Translations under genes and position numbers: made by a program
The notes under the pieces: generated by a model
Database searches by the model: none
Seen by the model: only the letters and a program-made list of their open reading frames with translations
What the model was told of the DNA's origin: nothing
Source: an uncultured bacterium
GTDB taxonomy: Bacteria > Armatimonadota > HRBIN16
Assembly (NCBI GenBank): GCA_938027655.1
Contig: CALJAP010000021.1
Coordinates: 15,879-79,878 of the forward strand
Length of the DNA stretch: 64,000 nt
Direction: 5' to 3'
In this document: piece after piece, positions 1 to 11,764 of the stretch
Layout of the letters: each line of letters opens with the position of its first letter
Numbering within the stretch: the stretch's first letter is position 1

Positions 1-312
1 CGCCCTGCGTAAAGGCATAGCGCGGAAGGAATCGCTTCAGCAGAAGAACGTTCACAAGGATAAGTATCATCAGGCAGAAAACGGTGTTCCAGAACAGCGA
101 CATCGCGGTGGCGTGGTTGCGATGCCAGATGCCTTCTACCTGGATAATCCAGTAGGTGTTAACGGGAATAAGCACCGTGCCGATAAGCACCGAGCGCGGG
201 GTCACTCCTCGCTCGCGGGCTGCCTCTTCAACGGCTTCTCGCTCCCCTACCCGTGTCCAGGGCACAGAAGGAGCCTGCACAGCGAAACGCGCTTTGATCG
301 AATCAAACATAC
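1..312 (-). CDS. Polytopic membrane protein, N-terminal part. The start codon is at 312 and the gene continues beyond the window edge. It is a paralog of the 29316-31349 protein.
   Basis: Manual translation of the minus strand from ATG at 312 gives MFDSIKARFAVQAPSVPWTRVGEREAVEEAAR... followed by hydrophobic helices. The architecture resembles the N-terminus of the 677-aa membrane protein at 29316-31349. There is no stop in the window. Confidence 0.4.
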
Positions 313-490
313 AGGATGCTCTCCATGTGTTTGTCGCGTGAAGCAGTTGCGCCACTATTTTAGAATATTTGTCCGGTGGTTGCAAGGGCTAAAGGATGCA
401 TGGGATTATCTACTAGAGGATAACCCTCTCTCAGGCAAGAATCAAAATAGGTACTGGAGCAATTTTTAGCAACGGAGGAATCTTCTGCAA

Positions 491-2380
491 ATGGTAGTAG
501 ACGCGCCTCGAGGCACTGCAGAAACCAGGGTAACGAACATCGCACAGCTGGTGGTGATAGGGATAGTGTCACTGGCTGTCGTAGCGGCAGTTCTTGGCTT
601 GTTTTATCGCGCCCGTTTTACGGGTCCTACAGACGAGGCGATGGACTATGGACAAATAGCTTACAACCTGTCTAAAGGACGCGGTTTTGTGACCAACAAC
701 ATTGTACCTCTCGGGCTATATTTCTGGGAGGACGTGCGCAAGGCGTACGACCTTGAACACGGTCCCGCCTATCCAATGTATTTGGCTCTTCTCCTGTACA
801 GGGGCACGCAGGACAGCACTCTCGCGCTGGGTTCAATGATATGGTTCGTGCTCAGTCTGATACTGGTGTATTTTGTGGGCAGCCGTCTATTCAGCCGACG
901 GGTGGGGTACTGGGCGGCGGCGTTACTTCTTTTGGCAGAGGGCGCGCTGGCATGGCTTGCCATTTCGGGGCTGCCCGCAGCGATGGCGGGTTTCTTGCTG
1001 TTAGCTGCTTGCTATTTGCTGTATCGTCCCAGCCGGGAGGAGCTGGACCCCCAGTCGGGGCAGGTTATCGTGGTCTGGGAGGAACGAACCCCACGGCGCA
1101 GCTTCTGGGCTGGTGTTGTGGCAGGGTTGGGGTATCTCACGCAGTTATCGTTGTGGCTGCTGTTGATACCCGCTACCATCTACCTGATGATTACCAACCC
1201 AGAGCATCGCAGAAAGCATGTGCTGTTGTTTCTACTGGGCTTTGTGCTCATCAGTCTGCCGTACTGGATACGCAACGCGCGCCTGTTCGGCAATCCGTTC
1301 TTCAACCTGCGAGTGTACGAAGTGGGAATGGCAATCAAACCGTACCCGGGGTATTCGCTGTATCGCCGTTATGAAGCGGGCGGCCGTCCCCCCGGGGTTA
1401 CCGCGCTGTTCATGGAGAACGCCCAGCAGGTACTGGGCAAGTGGTCGCGCAATCTGCGCAACGGCATCGGCGCTCTGCTCACGTTCCCCCATCCGGTTAT
1501 CACCGCTTTGGCGTTCGCAGGACTGTTCATCCCGATGCGCCAGCGTGCGCTGGCGCTGTGGCGCAACATGGTGTGGTGGACGGCGATACTGGTGCTTATA
1601 GCATGTTCGTTCGGGGTGCCCGGTGCGAATGTGTTTGCGCTGTACTGTTTTGCGGTGCCCTTCAGTGTGCTGGCGGTGGGCACGCTGGAGGATTTGACAC
1701 AGGCTTTATTCGAGGATGCCCGGCGCGTGTGGCGGTGGGGAATAACGGGCGTCCTCTTGATAGCGTTCGTACCGCTGGCGTTGACGCTTGTTTTTAGAGA
1801 GCCCATAGAGACACGCGAGGAGTTGATGGCGTTTAGAGTCATCTCCCAACGGTTGGACACGGTGCTTGCCGACATGAAACAGCGCAACCCAGCCAGTAGC
1901 CTGCCGACACCCGTTGTCGGTATCAGTGACGTGCCCTGGCGTGCTGCGTGGTATACCCACCATGTGTGGGTGTGGTTGCCCGAGACCCCGCTGGTGGAGG
2001 TGCCTGTGGAGGTGGGGGAAGGGCAGAACAAGTTCAAAATCAATCAGCCCTTGCCCAACATGGGCGCAGTCAAGGAAGTGCTTCAAAAGGTACAGCCCAT
2101 ATTCGCCATCATCACGCCGGCGGTCGGCGGAGCACCGGATGGGGAGCGACTGCAGGGATGGGTTAATCATTACAACACGGCGTCGCAGTTTGTCTTCCAA
2201 TCGTATTTTGTGCGTGACCAGAAGCAGGCACAACAGCTATCCCAGGCGTGGAAGTCACGAAGACGTGCGCCATATGACCCGGTGATAGGCGGGGTCTATC
2301 CGATGCCGCAGGCATCCCGTGCACGCGTCGTTCGCGACCTCGTGCCGCCGCGCTATATCCTGTTTATCTTCGCGCCTTAA
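491..2380 (+). CDS. GT39/PMT_2-family (ArnT/Pmt-like) membrane glycosyltransferase
   Basis: 629-aa multi-pass membrane protein. The N-proximal motif DEAMDYGQIAYNLSKGRGFVTNNI matches the DE..Y...A.NL..G.GY signature of PMT_2/ArnT glycosyltransferases. RBS GGAGGAA precedes the ATG. Confidence 0.55.
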   Translation: MVVDAPRGTAETRVTNIAQLVVIGIVSLAVVAAVLGLFYRARFTGPTDEAMDYGQIAYNLSKGRGFVTNNIVPLGLYFWEDVRKAYDLEHGPAYPMYLALLLYRGTQDSTLALGSMIWFVLSLILVYFVGSRLFSRRVGYWAAALLLLAEGALAWLAISGLPAAMAGFLLLAACYLLYRPSREELDPQSGQVIVVWEERTPRRSFWAGVVAGLGYLTQLSLWLLLIPATIYLMITNPEHRRKHVLLFLLGFVLISLPYWIRNARLFGNPFFNLRVYEVGMAIKPYPGYSLYRRYEAGGRPPGVTALFMENAQQVLGKWSRNLRNGIGALLTFPHPVITALAFAGLFIPMRQRALALWRNMVWWTAILVLIACSFGVPGANVFALYCFAVPFSVLAVGTLEDLTQALFEDARRVWRWGITGVLLIAFVPLALTLVFREPIETREELMAFRVISQRLDTVLADMKQRNPASSLPTPVVGISDVPWRAAWYTHHVWVWLPETPLVEVPVEVGEGQNKFKINQPLPNMGAVKEVLQKVQPIFAIITPAVGGAPDGERLQGWVNHYNTASQFVFQSYFVRDQKQAQQLSQAWKSRRRAPYDPVIGGVYPMPQASRARVVRDLVPPRYILFIFAP

Positions 2381-2384
2381 TACG

Positions 2385-2700
2385 TGCCATACACGATTAT
2401 TGGGGTATGAGCGGAGCAGTTCCGCTTTCCTGTGATTCTAAGCGAAGCGAAGAATCTCGTGTTAACGACAGGATGAGATGCTTCGCTTGCGCCCAGCATG
2501 ACAAAATAGGCTGAAAAGCGTCTGCGTAGTCTCCCCACCATCGAAATGGTGGGCACTGGTGAGGAGAAACCTGTCTCCACACTCCGTTCAATTCGCGCAG
2601 GCGGATTTTGCTTCCCTCATAGCCCGTGATTTCAATCGTGGGGTTCAGCATGGTGAAGACGTAAAACCACCTTGCCTGCATCCAATAATCACGTGTGAGG
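2385..2700. repeat. Dispersed intergenic repeat, copy A (MITE-like, about 315 bp, with terminal inverted repeats)
   Basis: Left end ACACGATTATTGG and right end CCAATAATCACGTGTG are inverse complements. The internal blocks GGAGCAGTTCCGCTT, GATTCT-loop-AGAATC, GATGAGATGCTTCGCT, CAGCATGACAAAAT and ATGGTGAAGACGTAAAACC recur at 31440-31590 and 56375-56565. Confidence 0.6.
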
Positions 2701-2731
2701 CTCTAATAGCGTTTGCGACTACAGATTAACT

Positions 2732-2766
2732 AATGGCAAAAGTGGGACGGGCGTGAAGCCCGTCCC
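2732..2766 (-). terminator. Putative intrinsic terminator of the groESL operon
   Basis: Stem GGGACGGGC-gtgaa-GCCCGTCCC. On the minus strand it is followed by ACUUUUGCCAUU, directly after the groEL stop. Confidence 0.45.
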
Positions 2767-2793
2767 AACTCTCATACCAGGCAGTCTCCTGCG

Positions 2794-4404
<1,611 letters not shown>

Positions 4405-4418
4405 TCATCCCTCCTCTC

Positions 4419-4730
4419 TTATTTCTCCAGAACTGCCAGCACGTCGTCCTGGCGCAGGATAACGTACTCTTCGCCGTTGATTTTGATTTCGGTACCACCG
4501 TACTTGGAGTAGAAGATAACGTCGCCCACTTTGACTTCCATCTCCACCACTTTGCCGTTGTCCAGCATCTTACCGGGACCGACGGCGACAACCTCGCCCT
4601 TCTGGGGTTTCTCTTTGGCAGTATCGGGCAGCACGATGCCTCCACTGGTTACCTCTTCGGCTTCCATCGGCTTGACGACAATGCGGTCTGCAAGCGGTTT
4701 GAGCTGTACCTTGACTGCAGTCTCAGGCAT
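4419..4730 (-). CDS. groS: Co-chaperonin GroES (Cpn10)
   Basis: 103-aa product ending ILAVLEK; lies immediately upstream of groEL in the operon. Confidence 0.95.
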   Translation of the reverse strand: MPETAVKVQLKPLADRIVVKPMEAEEVTSGGIVLPDTAKEKPQKGEVVAVGPGKMLDNGKVVEMEVKVGDVIFYSKYGGTEIKINGEEYVILRQDDVLAVLEK

Positions 4731-4757
4731 CGCAGAGTCACCTCCTCAAGCAGAATT

Positions 4758-4784
4758 TTAGCACTCGACAATGCCGAGTGCTAA
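4758..4784 (-). promoter_or_regulatory. CIRCE operator (HrcA binding site)
   Basis: Perfect TTAGCACTC-N9-GAGTGCTAA inverted repeat between the promoter and groES. Confidence 0.9.
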
Positions 4785-4794
4785 TCCACGAATG

Positions 4795-4823
4795 ATAATA
4801 CCTCAAGTTTGATAAGAATGCAA
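4795..4823 (-). promoter_or_regulatory. Sigma70-type promoter of groESL (TTGCAT-17-TATTAT)
   Basis: On the minus strand, -35 TTGCAT is at 4818-4823 and -10 TATTAT at 4795-4800, with a 17-nt spacer. It lies 10 nt upstream of CIRCE. Confidence 0.6.
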
Positions 4824-4906
4824 GGGTTTAGATGGGTCGTTCGGTTTCGCAGGCTCGTATCTCGAATCGGTTTGCAATCGCTTCGTTCCCATGCTTTAGT
4901 GTTCTG

Positions 4907-6016
4907 CTATTTCTCCAGCCATGGGGCAAGGAAGCGGCTGTGTACTGCTACGCGCTCCCCCGTTTCTGCCGATTTCTGCGCAGCAAGCATGACCTCCAGC
5001 ACATGAAAGGCGTGCTCGGCAGTCATCAAAGGCTTTTCACCGGTGGCAAGGCATCGCGCCAGATACGAACCTCCCTGATTCCAGTTATAGCCCTTCTGGT
5101 CTTCGCAGACCACCTTCCACGCGCCCGCCTCGGTATCCCACACCTCCACGCCTTTGGGGTGCCAGTCCCATCCCAGCATATTGATACTCCCTTTTGTGCC
5201 AACCAGTTCGATAGTGCGCTCCTCATGGTAGGGACCGTATACGAAGCCCGTCATCACACACGAGAAAACGCTGTTACCATGGTCCATCAGCACGATAGTG
5301 TTATCGTCGGCTTCCACCTTGACATGCTGTCCTTCCACAAATCGTTCTTTGATGGCGGTTCCCATCAGCGCGGTAACGCTTTCGGCAGGGCCGAGTAGCC
5401 CGGTGAGTGTGGTGATATTATAAACGCCCAGGTCAAACAGGCATCCCCCGCCCTTCCGGTAAAACCAGGGTCCCCAGCCGGGTCCGCCGTGCCCGTACCA
5501 CGCTCGGGCGACGTATACGTCACCTACCGCCTTCGCCGCCAGCAGTTTCGCCATGCACTGGAACGCCGGACTGGTGACCACCGTCGGCGCGCCCCAGAGG
5601 TAAACGCCGTGTTGTCGGGCGGTTTCTATCAGCGTGCGCCCTTCCTCCAGTGTGGTGGCAAACGGCTTTTCACACAACACGTGTTTGCCTGCCTGTAGTG
5701 CCTGCAGATTAATCGGATAGTGCTGTTGCATGGAGGTCAGGTTAATGAGCATGTCGAACTCACATTGGCTGAGCAGGTGCTCCACGTCGGTGTACACCTG
5801 TGGTACACCGAACTGCTCCGCGCGTTCGCGAGCACGGGCTTCCTTGACATCACACACAGCAACCACCCGTGCGTGTTTGCTGGTTTTCAGGTCATTCAAG
5901 TAATGCCAACTCACGCTGCCGCATCCTGCGATGGCGATGCGGATCACAGACATGTGTACCCTCCTGACATGGTTCGCCTGCGGTGCGACCCGCGGTCGTA
6001 CCCTTAGATTCGCCAT
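4907..6016 (-). CDS. Gfo/Idh/MocA-family NAD(P)-dependent oxidoreductase
   Basis: Rossmann N-terminus IRIAIAGCGSVSWHYL followed by the C-terminal alpha/beta domain typical of this family. Confidence 0.7.
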   Translation of the reverse strand: MANLRVRPRVAPQANHVRRVHMSVIRIAIAGCGSVSWHYLNDLKTSKHARVVAVCDVKEARARERAEQFGVPQVYTDVEHLLSQCEFDMLINLTSMQQHYPINLQALQAGKHVLCEKPFATTLEEGRTLIETARQHGVYLWGAPTVVTSPAFQCMAKLLAAKAVGDVYVARAWYGHGGPGWGPWFYRKGGGCLFDLGVYNITTLTGLLGPAESVTALMGTAIKERFVEGQHVKVEADDNTIVLMDHGNSVFSCVMTGFVYGPYHEERTIELVGTKGSINMLGWDWHPKGVEVWDTEAGAWKVVCEDQKGYNWNQGGSYLARCLATGEKPLMTAEHAFHVLEVMLAAQKSAETGERVAVHSRFLAPWLEK

Positions 6017-6115
6017 GCATGTGCCCCCGCCCTCTTGCCAGATAGTGGGTTTTTGTGTTAATCTGTATCACCGCAGGTGACATCAGCCGGAACGGGCAGG
6101 CGAGGAGCGTCAGCG

Positions 6116-7051
6116 GTGGCATTCGTCGAAACACACAACCTGACCAAAAAGTACGGTAATCTGGTAGCGGTGAATAATCTGAATCTGCGCCTGGACGAAG
6201 GGGACATTCTCGGCTTTATTGGACCCAACGGTGCAGGCAAGACCACGACCATCCGGATACTTGCCACCCTGCTGGAACCGACGAGCGGTACCGCTACCAT
6301 CGCAGGGCACGACGTGGTGAAGGAGCCGGAAGCGGTGCGACGGATTATCGGCTACATGCCCGACTTTTTCGGCGTGTACGATGATGTGAAGGTGTGGGAG
6401 TATCTGGACTTTTTCGCGTGCGCCTACCGCGTGCCTCGCTCGGAGCGGGCAAAGCTGATCGATGATGTGCTCGCGTTAACCGACCTGTCGCATAAGAAAG
6501 ACGACTACGTGGAAGCGCTCTCGCGCGGAATGAAGCAGAGGCTATGCCTTGCCAAAACCCTGCTGCACAACCCGCAGGTGCTGTTGCTGGACGAACCGGC
6601 ATCGGGCTTGGACCCACGCGCCCGCATCGAGATAAAAGAACTGTTGAAAGAACTGCGGAACATGGGCAAGACCATCCTTATCTCCTCGCACATTCTGCCC
6701 GAACTGGCGGATATCTGCAACAAGATTGCCATCATCGAGCGCGGAGAACTGCTCATCAGCGGCGAGATCGATACCATCATGCGCCAGCTGACCGGCTCGC
6801 ATGTGCTGGAGATCAAGGTTGCCGACGATGAGGAAGCCGCCGTGCAGGTGCTGCAGAACCAGCTGGAGGACATCCGTGAGGTGCGGGTGGAGGATGGGGT
6901 TATTCGGGCGCACTATGTCGGTCCCCCAGGCGAACACTACCGCGTGGTGTGGGCACTGGCTGAAAAACGGGTAAAGGTGCTCTCCTTTGCCGAGCAGCCT
7001 ACCGACCTCGAAGACATCTTTATGCGCGTCACACAGGGAGTGGTGCAGTAG
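6116..7051 (+). CDS. ABC transporter ATP-binding protein (ABC-2 type)
   Basis: Walker A GPNGAGKTT, LSRGMKQRL signature and Walker B LLLDEP. The start is probably GTG at 6116, with GAGGAG 7 nt upstream. The ORF track extends the frame to 6077. Confidence 0.85.
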   Translation: MAFVETHNLTKKYGNLVAVNNLNLRLDEGDILGFIGPNGAGKTTTIRILATLLEPTSGTATIAGHDVVKEPEAVRRIIGYMPDFFGVYDDVKVWEYLDFFACAYRVPRSERAKLIDDVLALTDLSHKKDDYVEALSRGMKQRLCLAKTLLHNPQVLLLDEPASGLDPRARIEIKELLKELRNMGKTILISSHILPELADICNKIAIIERGELLISGEIDTIMRQLTGSHVLEIKVADDEEAAVQVLQNQLEDIREVRVEDGVIRAHYVGPPGEHYRVVWALAEKRVKVLSFAEQPTDLEDIFMRVTQGVVQ

Positions 7052-8469
7052 TGATAGAACGACTGGAGAACCCCGTTTTTCGACAATCCTCGCGTCAAAG
7101 GATGCGCGGCGCGCGGACGTATGGCTGTCTGTTGGCTTACCTGCTGGTGCTGGGGCTAGTGGTTATTATCTCATACGACCAGTTTGTAGCGCATGGAGTA
7201 CAGCGCACCACCACCGGTTTGGCGCAGATGCTGTTCGGTACGCTCGCGATGACCCAGTGGTTTCTGGTGGCTTTTATAACGCCGGCTCTCACCACCAGCG
7301 CGATCACGATGGAGCGCGAGCAGCGCACGTACGACCTGTTGATGATGACACCCCTTTCCCGTTTTACCATCGTGTGGGGCAAGTTCGCTTCCGCGCTGGC
7401 GTTCACGGTGGTGATGATTGTGTGTGGGATGCCACTGGTAGCGGTGCTGTTCCTGATGGGCGGCGTAGACGTTGGCTTAATGCTCACCCTGTACCTCGGT
7501 ATGCTCGCTACCGGAGCGGTGCTGGCAGCGTACGGTCTGATGATGAGTACAATATGTGCAACCTCCACCCTAGCAAACCTGCTCACTTACGGCAGTCTGG
7601 CAGTCGGGTACTTTGGGGCTGCTGTTACTGGGACGGCTTATACGCTCAGTCGGGCGTTCGGGGGCGGTTCTTTCAACATGTTGTGGCTGGGCGCCGGTTT
7701 GACCTCCTGGCAGATGTGGACTTTCGTGGTGTTAACCCTGCTTCTTACTGTTTGGCTGTTGTTGCAGATAGCCAGCAACTATCTGCTTGCCGACCCCCGT
7801 GCGGGAGCGTGGAAGACTCGATCGCTGTTGATTGCGTTGTATCTGCTTATTCTCGTTGCTACCCTCCTCGACGCACAAGCGACAACTCGCACCTCCGCCT
7901 CAGCCAATTATCTGGGTGGACTGTTCGCGTTCTTGTGGGCATTGGTGATTCCTGCGTTGTTCACGGGGGTTCCTTACGGCAGCAAGAAGTGGTATGAGTG
8001 GCTGTACCCAAGTAGTCTACGGGTGGGCGCGATACAGAGCGCGTTGCCCTTCATGTGTCTCATCGTGCTCACGGCGATTGTGGCAGACCGTTTCATGCCC
8101 GCACCGTTGCGCACACAGCCGCTCGTCTGGGCATATGTCATGGGCTACTTCTGCTGGATTTGGTCACTGGGCTACCTGTTGTCGTTTGCCATCCGAAACC
8201 GGTGGGGCGCGCTGTTCGCACTGGTCGGTGTTCTGGCGGTGCTTGTGCAGCTCATCTCCACGGTCAGCATAGTGGACGCCAACAGAGGCGGGCAGCAGCG
8301 GTTTGAATTGCTGCTAAACGTGGCGTTGCCGATTGCTCCATGGGAAGCCAGCGGTAAGATGGACTATCGGATATGGGTGGTGTTGTATCCGCTGATGGCT
8401 ACGGCGAGCCTACTGCTGACCGGTTGGCTTCGCAGATTCCGGAAGAGCGCGGTGACGGAAGGCTCATGA
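7051..8469 (+). CDS. ABC-2 family transporter permease
   Basis: 472-aa multi-pass membrane protein. Its GTG start overlaps the ATPase stop (TAGTG). Confidence 0.7.
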   Translation: MIERLENPVFRQSSRQRMRGARTYGCLLAYLLVLGLVVIISYDQFVAHGVQRTTTGLAQMLFGTLAMTQWFLVAFITPALTTSAITMEREQRTYDLLMMTPLSRFTIVWGKFASALAFTVVMIVCGMPLVAVLFLMGGVDVGLMLTLYLGMLATGAVLAAYGLMMSTICATSTLANLLTYGSLAVGYFGAAVTGTAYTLSRAFGGGSFNMLWLGAGLTSWQMWTFVVLTLLLTVWLLLQIASNYLLADPRAGAWKTRSLLIALYLLILVATLLDAQATTRTSASANYLGGLFAFLWALVIPALFTGVPYGSKKWYEWLYPSSLRVGAIQSALPFMCLIVLTAIVADRFMPAPLRTQPLVWAYVMGYFCWIWSLGYLLSFAIRNRWGALFALVGVLAVLVQLISTVSIVDANRGGQQRFELLLNVALPIAPWEASGKMDYRIWVVLYPLMATASLLLTGWLRRFRKSAVTEGS

Positions 8470-9317
8470 TGCAGTGGCTGGAGCTGCAAATAGTGGTTCC
8501 TTCGGAGTCTCATGAAGCGGTGGCGGAAATCTGTCGTCAAGCGGGGGCGCAGGGTGTTCGGCTGGAAGAGGACAGGGTGATTACCAGCTTGCCCGTAACC
8601 GAACGACTGGAGAAACGCCGGCAGTTTCTGAGGGCGCAGCTGTCGCGCCTATCGGAGTGGGGGCTTCCCCCGGTTCAGCGCATCGAAGAGGGGGTAAGGG
8701 ACGAATCCGAGTGGGCGCAGGCATGGAAGCAGTTTTTCCATGTGCTGCGAGTGGGGGAGCGTGTGGTGATTAAGCCTTCGTGGGAGGAGTACACCGCGCA
8801 GCAAGGGGACGTCGTGGTGGAGCTGGACCCAGGTATGGCTTTCGGCACGGGACAGCACGAGACCACGCAGTTGTGTATAGACTTTTTGCAAAAAATTATA
8901 CAGGATGGCATGACAGTATTGGACGTCGGCACAGGTTCGGGTATATTAGCAATTACGGCAGCGAAGCTGGGAGCCGGTGCGGTGTGGGCCGGTGACAACG
9001 ACCCGGTGGCGGTGTTGACGGCTCAGCGAAATGTTGCTCGCAACGGTGTGGAACAGGTGGTATCGGTGCATCTAGCGGAGGGATGTGAGGGTGCGCCAGA
9101 GTGCGACCTGCTGGTCTCGAATATCACTGCGCAGGCTATCGAGGCTTTACTGCCCGACTTCACGCGGCGTGTGCGGCGAGGAGGATGGCTGATAGTGAGC
9201 GGAATAGTGCAGGAGCGGTGTGGGCGCATTCGCGCTATCCTGTCGCAACCGCCATGGCAGAACATGCAGTATCGACAACGCGGCGAGTGGTGTGCATTCG
9301 CTGCGCAGCGAGGTTAG
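8466..9317 (+). CDS. prmA: Ribosomal protein L11 methyltransferase
   Basis: MMQWLELQIVVPSESHEAVAEI... with the SAM motif VLDVGTGSGILAI. The probable ATG at 8466 overlaps the permease stop (ATGA). The track start at 8373 is an upstream in-frame extension. Confidence 0.85.
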   Translation: MMQWLELQIVVPSESHEAVAEICRQAGAQGVRLEEDRVITSLPVTERLEKRRQFLRAQLSRLSEWGLPPVQRIEEGVRDESEWAQAWKQFFHVLRVGERVVIKPSWEEYTAQQGDVVVELDPGMAFGTGQHETTQLCIDFLQKIIQDGMTVLDVGTGSGILAITAAKLGAGAVWAGDNDPVAVLTAQRNVARNGVEQVVSVHLAEGCEGAPECDLLVSNITAQAIEALLPDFTRRVRRGGWLIVSGIVQERCGRIRAILSQPPWQNMQYRQRGEWCAFAAQRG

Positions 9318-9320
9318 GGC

Positions 9321-10094
9321 GTGTGTAAATATCGCTTTTTCGTCCCGCCTGAGCAGTTCTCGGATGGTATCGTGTGCATCACGGGGGAGGATGCCCGCCA
9401 GATTCGCGTGGTGCTTCGGCTACAACCGGGCGACGAAATCGGTGTGCTGGACGGCTCGGGCAAAGAATATCGTTGTGTGCTGGAATCGGTACGTAAAGAG
9501 GAAGCGGTCGCACGCATTGGTGAGCAGAGGCTTCCGGAGGTGGAGCCGAAGACGCATATTACGGTGGTACAATCGTTGGCGAAGGGCGACAAGGTGGAAC
9601 GGGTCATTCAGCACGGCACGGAGATAGGGGTTTCCCGTTTCGTGCTGGTACAGACCGAACGCAGTGTGGTGCAACTGAACGGGGAGCGCGAGAGGGAGCG
9701 CGTAGAGCGATGGCGGCGAATCGCGAAGGAGGCAGCGGAACAGGCGCATCGGGCAATAGTGCCGGCGATAGAGGGAGTGACCTCACTCCGGCGCGCGCTG
9801 GAGCAGATGAGCAGCACGAGTATTGTGACACTCCATCCCGACGGCAGCACCCTACCTCTGGTAGAATGGATACGACGCAGACCGCCGACAGGACGGGTCG
9901 CCGTTATCGTCGGTCCCGAAGGCGGACTGACGGATAAAGAGGTAGACCTCTGTGTAAGGTATGGCGCAGTGTCTGTTTCGCTGATGCCTCGTATTTTGCG
10001 TACAGAGACGGCGGCGCTGGTAGCGGTAAGCCAGATACTGTTCGTCACGGAGCATCTTGCTGACACGGGCTTCGTCGGGCAGGATCTTACATAA
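9321..10094 (+). CDS. rsmE: 16S rRNA (uracil1498-N3)-methyltransferase RsmE
   Basis: RFFVPPEQ N-terminus, PUA-like domain and C-terminal SPOUT domain ([12 protein letters not shown]). Confidence 0.8.
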   Translation: MCKYRFFVPPEQFSDGIVCITGEDARQIRVVLRLQPGDEIGVLDGSGKEYRCVLESVRKEEAVARIGEQRLPEVEPKTHITVVQSLAKGDKVERVIQHGTEIGVSRFVLVQTERSVVQLNGERERERVERWRRIAKEAAEQAHRAIVPAIEGVTSLRRALEQMSSTSIVTLHPDGSTLPLVEWIRRRPPTGRVAVIVGPEGGLTDKEVDLCVRYGAVSVSLMPRILRTETAALVAVSQILFVTEHLADTGFVGQDLT

Positions 10095-10123
10095 AAAAGA
10101 GACCATTCGGAGAGGAGGAAACT

Positions 10124-11677
10124 ATGCAAAATCTGGGAGTGAACCCCAGCCGGTATGGGCTGGAGATGCACGGGATTAAGGATGCAAGGGTAGCGCTGTG
10201 GAATCTCGGCACTGCCCAGCTGATAGAGTACAGCTTAAGCCAGCAGGAAGGTGTGCTGGCATCAGGGGGCGCGCTGGTGGTGCGTACCGGGCAGCACACC
10301 GGGCGTTCACCACAGGACAAATTCGTCGTTCGCGACCCCGACGTTGCCGACAAAATCTGGTGGGGGTCGGTAAACCAGCCGTTCGAGCCGGAGAAGTTCG
10401 ACGCGCTTTACAAGCGAGTGCTGGCGTACCTGCAAGACAAACGCCTGTTTGTGCAGGACTGCTTCGTGGGAGCGGACGAGCGTTATCGCATCCCGATTCG
10501 TGTGGTGACGCAATATGCGTGGCACAACCGGTTTGCCCGCCAGCTGTTCGTTCGCCCTGACTGGACAAAAACCGGTGAGCACAAGCCGGAGTTCGTTATC
10601 GTGTCCGCGCCCGGTTTTCACTCGGACCCAGAGACAGACGGCACGCGGTCGGGGGCGTTCATCATTGTCAACTTCACCAGACGAATCATCCTCATCGGCG
10701 GCACCGAGTATGCCGGTGAGATGAAGAAGTCCATCTTTACGATTATGAACTACCTGTTGCCCGAACAGGGCATACTGTCCATGCACTGCGCTGCGAACAT
10801 GGGACCGGGAGGCGATGTGGCGCTGTTTTTTGGGCTGAGCGGCACCGGCAAGACCTCCCTTTCTGCGGACCCCGAGCGACGCCTCATCGGCGACGATGAG
10901 CATGGCTGGAGCGATGATGGTGTCTTCAACTTCGAGGGCGGATGCTATGCCAAGTGTATTCGTCTCTCGAAGGAGAACGAGCCACAAATCTGGAACGCCA
11001 TCCGCTTCGGCGCGGTGCTGGAGAACGTGGCGATCGATATGCAGACACGCTTACTGGATTTCAACGATGCCAGCCTTACCGAGAACACCCGCGCGGCATA
11101 CCCGCTGAGTTTCATCGAGAACGCGGTCATCCCCAGCGTAGCAGGGCATCCGAAGAACGTGTTCTTCCTGACCTGCGATGCCTTCGGCGTGTTGCCTCCG
11201 ATTGCCCGCCTCACCGAAGAGCAGGCGATGGAACAGTTTCTGCTGGGCTATACGGCGAAGGTAGCAGGTACCGAAACCGGCGTCACCGAACCGCAGGCGA
11301 CCTTCAGCACTTGCTTTGGCGCTCCCTTCTTGCCGTTGCCGCCAAAGACATACGCCAACCTGTTAGGCGAACGCCTGCGCAAGCACAAGGCGCAGGTGTG
11401 GTTGGTGAATACCGGCTGGACAGGTGGTCCCTACGGAGTCGGACATCGAATCAGTATCCCATATACACGAGCGATGGTGCGCGCCGCGCTGAAGGGCGAA
11501 CTGGATGACGTGGAATACCGCTTAGACCCCGTGTTCGGCTTGCGTGTGCCGACGGTGTGCCCGGGTGTCCCTTCCGAGATACTGGACCCGCGCCAGACGT
11601 GGCAAAACAAAGAGGCATATGATGAACAGGCTCGCAAGCTGAAAGCGATGTGGGACGAGCAGATGAAGAAGATATAA
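10124..11677 (+). CDS. pckA: Phosphoenolpyruvate carboxykinase (ATP)
   Basis: 517 aa, with kinase-1a motif GLSGTGKTS and ...RSPQDKFVV.... Strong RBS GGAGAGGAGGA. Confidence 0.92.
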   Translation: MQNLGVNPSRYGLEMHGIKDARVALWNLGTAQLIEYSLSQQEGVLASGGALVVRTGQHTGRSPQDKFVVRDPDVADKIWWGSVNQPFEPEKFDALYKRVLAYLQDKRLFVQDCFVGADERYRIPIRVVTQYAWHNRFARQLFVRPDWTKTGEHKPEFVIVSAPGFHSDPETDGTRSGAFIIVNFTRRIILIGGTEYAGEMKKSIFTIMNYLLPEQGILSMHCAANMGPGGDVALFFGLSGTGKTSLSADPERRLIGDDEHGWSDDGVFNFEGGCYAKCIRLSKENEPQIWNAIRFGAVLENVAIDMQTRLLDFNDASLTENTRAAYPLSFIENAVIPSVAGHPKNVFFLTCDAFGVLPPIARLTEEQAMEQFLLGYTAKVAGTETGVTEPQATFSTCFGAPFLPLPPKTYANLLGERLRKHKAQVWLVNTGWTGGPYGVGHRISIPYTRAMVRAALKGELDDVEYRLDPVFGLRVPTVCPGVPSEILDPRQTWQNKEAYDEQARKLKAMWDEQMKKI

Positions 11678-11682
11678 CACGG

Positions 11683-11706
11683 GGGCAACCGCAGAGGTTG
11701 CCCCAA
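11683..11706 (+). other. GC-rich hairpin GGGGCAACC-gcaga-GGTTGCCCC just after the pckA stop, with no U-tract
   Basis: Perfect 9-bp stem. The same GGGGCAACC/GGTTGCCCC motif seeds the 19-bp tandem array at 61163. Confidence 0.5.
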
Positions 11707-11764
11707 CAAAGGGAGTGCCCGCCGACATGGCGAACCGGGAAGCGCTGAATCTCTGGAGGGGACA

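Noticed and set aside
2397-2681. 94-aa and 67-aa ORFs inside dispersed-repeat copy A
   Set aside because: Not conserved in the other repeat copies; these are likely chance ORFs within a repetitive element.
8373-8465. Upstream extension of prmA overlapping the permease gene
   Set aside because: The conserved PrmA N-terminus begins at MMQWLE (8466); the extension merely lacks stops.
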